In this document: piece after piece, positions 63,301 to 64,000 of the stretch | How the letters are laid out: each line of letters begins with the position of its first letter | Position numbering within the stretch: position 1 is the stretch's first letter | Assembly: GCA_041741175.1 (NCBI GenBank) | Contig: JBGSKP010000571.1 | Span: 3,001 to 67,000 of the forward strand | Origin: Thiocapsa sp. | GTDB taxonomy: Bacteria; Pseudomonadota; Gammaproteobacteria; Chromatiales; Chromatiaceae | Direction of reading: 5' to 3' | DNA length: 64,000 nucleotides | Made by a program: the position numbers and the translations under genes | The notes under the pieces: generated by a model | What the model saw: only the letters and a program-made list of their open reading frames with translations | Told to the model about the DNA's origin: nothing | The model's database searches: none

Positions 63301-64000
63301 GCATGCCGGTGAGTTGCGTAGCCTCGCCTTTGCTCCGGACGGAGAGCTGCTGGTGACGGCCTCGCGCGACGGCTCCGCACGTGTGATCGAAACGCGCACG
63401 GGGATCGAACGGGTCAGCCTGCCGACCGCTGGACCGCTTGGTCGGCCCGCCAACGACGCGCGGTTTGATCCGGCCGGTTGGCGCATTGCCGTGGCCTCGG
63501 CGGATGAACGCATCCGCGTGTATGGCCTCGACGGGCAGGAGCTCGCCGAGCTGGGCGTCATCGAGCGTGATGGACGGCAGATTCGGATCCACAAATCGGC
63601 TGTGCGCGAGACCGTCTTCTCGCCGGGTGGTCAATACCTTGTCGCCGGCGACGATGGCGGCCAGGTCGTGCGTTGGGACCTGCAGCGCGGCAGCGCCGAG
63701 ATCCTCGGTCATCACGGGTTGTCCGTCGAGCATGTGCGGGTGTCTCCGGGGATGGACGATGCGGACCGCGAGCCGATGGTCCTCAGTGCCTCGCTCGACA
63801 AGACCGCGCGCTTGTGGGGATTGCTGACCGGCAAGGAGATCGCCGTCTTCAGTCATGACGCGGCGGTCTCCGATGCCCGTTTCAGCCACGACGGCCAACG
63901 GGTTCTAACCTACTCGGATCTGGATGGCTCAGCGCGGCTGTGGTCGGTCAGACCGACTGAAACGCTGGCCTTCAATCTCCCCAGCGCGGACCACGTGTGG
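60356..64000 (+). CDS. DUF4062(TIR-like)-nSTAND1 NTPase-TM-WD40 protein, 3'-truncated (not in the ORF track)
   Basis: Manual translation is open for 1215 codons: RIFVSSPSDL..ER, LWTRLGTP, TGTEWEF, SPFR...F.GRETE, GSSGVGKTSLIRAGLLPRL, LRSDY, GGLAG.L.RRAE, TM LLGLTLAILLVFATMAAFWAW, WD40 repeats (LAFAPDGELLVTASRDGSARV, SASLDKTARLW). Confidence 0.92.
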   Translation, partial: MTEPKVRIFVSSPSDLEHERALVKDVIATLAQEYLPYFRLQAILWEEEALTAAQSFQAGLLRPSECEIVLVMLWTRLGTPLADDPYGGMTGTEWEFVDAVQASVLAGTPEVLVYKKTAPRLVDVNNAEATREALADRQRLDDFFRTHFYNPDGSFSRAFRQFGSDRSFRELVETQLRKLLNRRISAERRFASTGGDWHGSPFRAVAPFDLVDDRVFTGRETETRELVTRLETLQGAGHGLLLMSGSSGVGKTSLIRAGLLPRLIRPFLFPGVAGCRWCLVDFDDRSPIESLAAALIAPGMLGPALEAFGLDVGRLSRLLASEPDVAADQIQAALAWMADDPASRVDASNGRLQLAVIVDPLDRLFRPVMRDSPDVRAVTRALALLAVREGVWVISSLRSDYLGHLDTTPDLASLLNDQTWFRLEPPPPSRIRQVIEIPARVAGVEYEGMSDGAGRGLVEALEAEASALQHWPAVLEPALHAIYLSAEQNSTRSDDPAHRLLRIRDYRRVGGLAGTLLRRAETLWEDLEPPIHEALPVLCRALIALEGGAASLSARTGDLGTLGRNPAVASLIESLIESRLVVAEGVADPSARLPCTQAALQLRGDLLRLVTQTGEGWRARLLKRASATALEAMVASPPDAPADPDVDQDFDPTAMLPWQDYHPTVRFIHPALFEQWQPVRDWLADPNNRRDLILRYQISRQARLWKRTDCNREYLLGEAGYAAALGFVERYGEELEPLERELLDQSREFLAYQRRRNRGARLLGLTLAILLVFATMAAFWAWGASREATLNLQRSLLKAADIAVQQGNTPEAVRLALNAGPYLPEVATDTLSRAFTTNRLIAMVQSEVTASDQPLPPAFRSDGERLVTQSQGEGAQLWALQGQRFQPARTLFVPKTPIHSVRFVGSGEPQTILGIGEAGVWRLPAEPGQAPHWSCGARPDSPIAVDPTGRFLALSHGAPQDRFAVCLLDLSRPDEPLWDAALHAGELRSLAFAPDGELLVTASRDGSARVIETRTGIERVSLPTAGPLGRPANDARFDPAGWRIAVASADERIRVYGLDGQELAELGVIERDGRQIRIHKSAVRETVFSPGGQYLVAGDDGGQVVRWDLQRGSAEILGHHGLSVEHVRVSPGMDDADREPMVLSASLDKTARLWGLLTGKEIAVFSHDAAVSDARFSHDGQRVLTYSDLDGSARLWSVRPTETLAFNLPSADHVW

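Noticed and set aside
53497-64000. Possible genomic island inserted at mnmE
   Set aside because: No integrase, direct repeat, tRNA or evident compositional shift, and gmhA and ygiQ are ordinary chromosomal genes.

Overview
GC-rich gammaproteobacterial chromosome segment spanning the probable replication-origin region. Gene content and order suggest a purple sulfur bacterium (Chromatiaceae-like); this is an inference. Left to right: end of aroB; gltBD behind a sigma54 promoter with paired NtrC-like boxes; two tandem PilU-like ATPases; an Xps-type T2SS cluster (gspE-F-G-H-I-J-K-L-M-N-D, minus strand) at the end of an envC-ctpA-DJ1-wbpL-wbpM run; arsR-rhodanese-secB-gpsA; trmL; two small hypotheticals; glnA-DUF4124-ntrB-ntrC; a CDF transporter; glyQS-gmhB-plsC; gyrB-recF-dnaN-dnaA with DnaA boxes, parS sites inside recF and a 9-bp tandem repeat; rpmH-rnpA-yidD-yidC-mnmE; gmhA; ygiQ; a zinc-ribbon/BPSS1780-type membrane protein; and a SEC-C/TPR-like protein. 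The last 3.6 kb holds an ORF missing from the supplied track (60356 to beyond 64000). It encodes a DUF4062/TIR-like domain, an nSTAND1-type NTPase, a transmembrane helix and WD40 repeats, i.e. an NLR-like receptor with a degenerate Walker B. This is the best candidate for an undescribed system. No rRNA, tRNA, CRISPR array or transposase was seen. All family assignments come from motif recognition by eye, not database searches.
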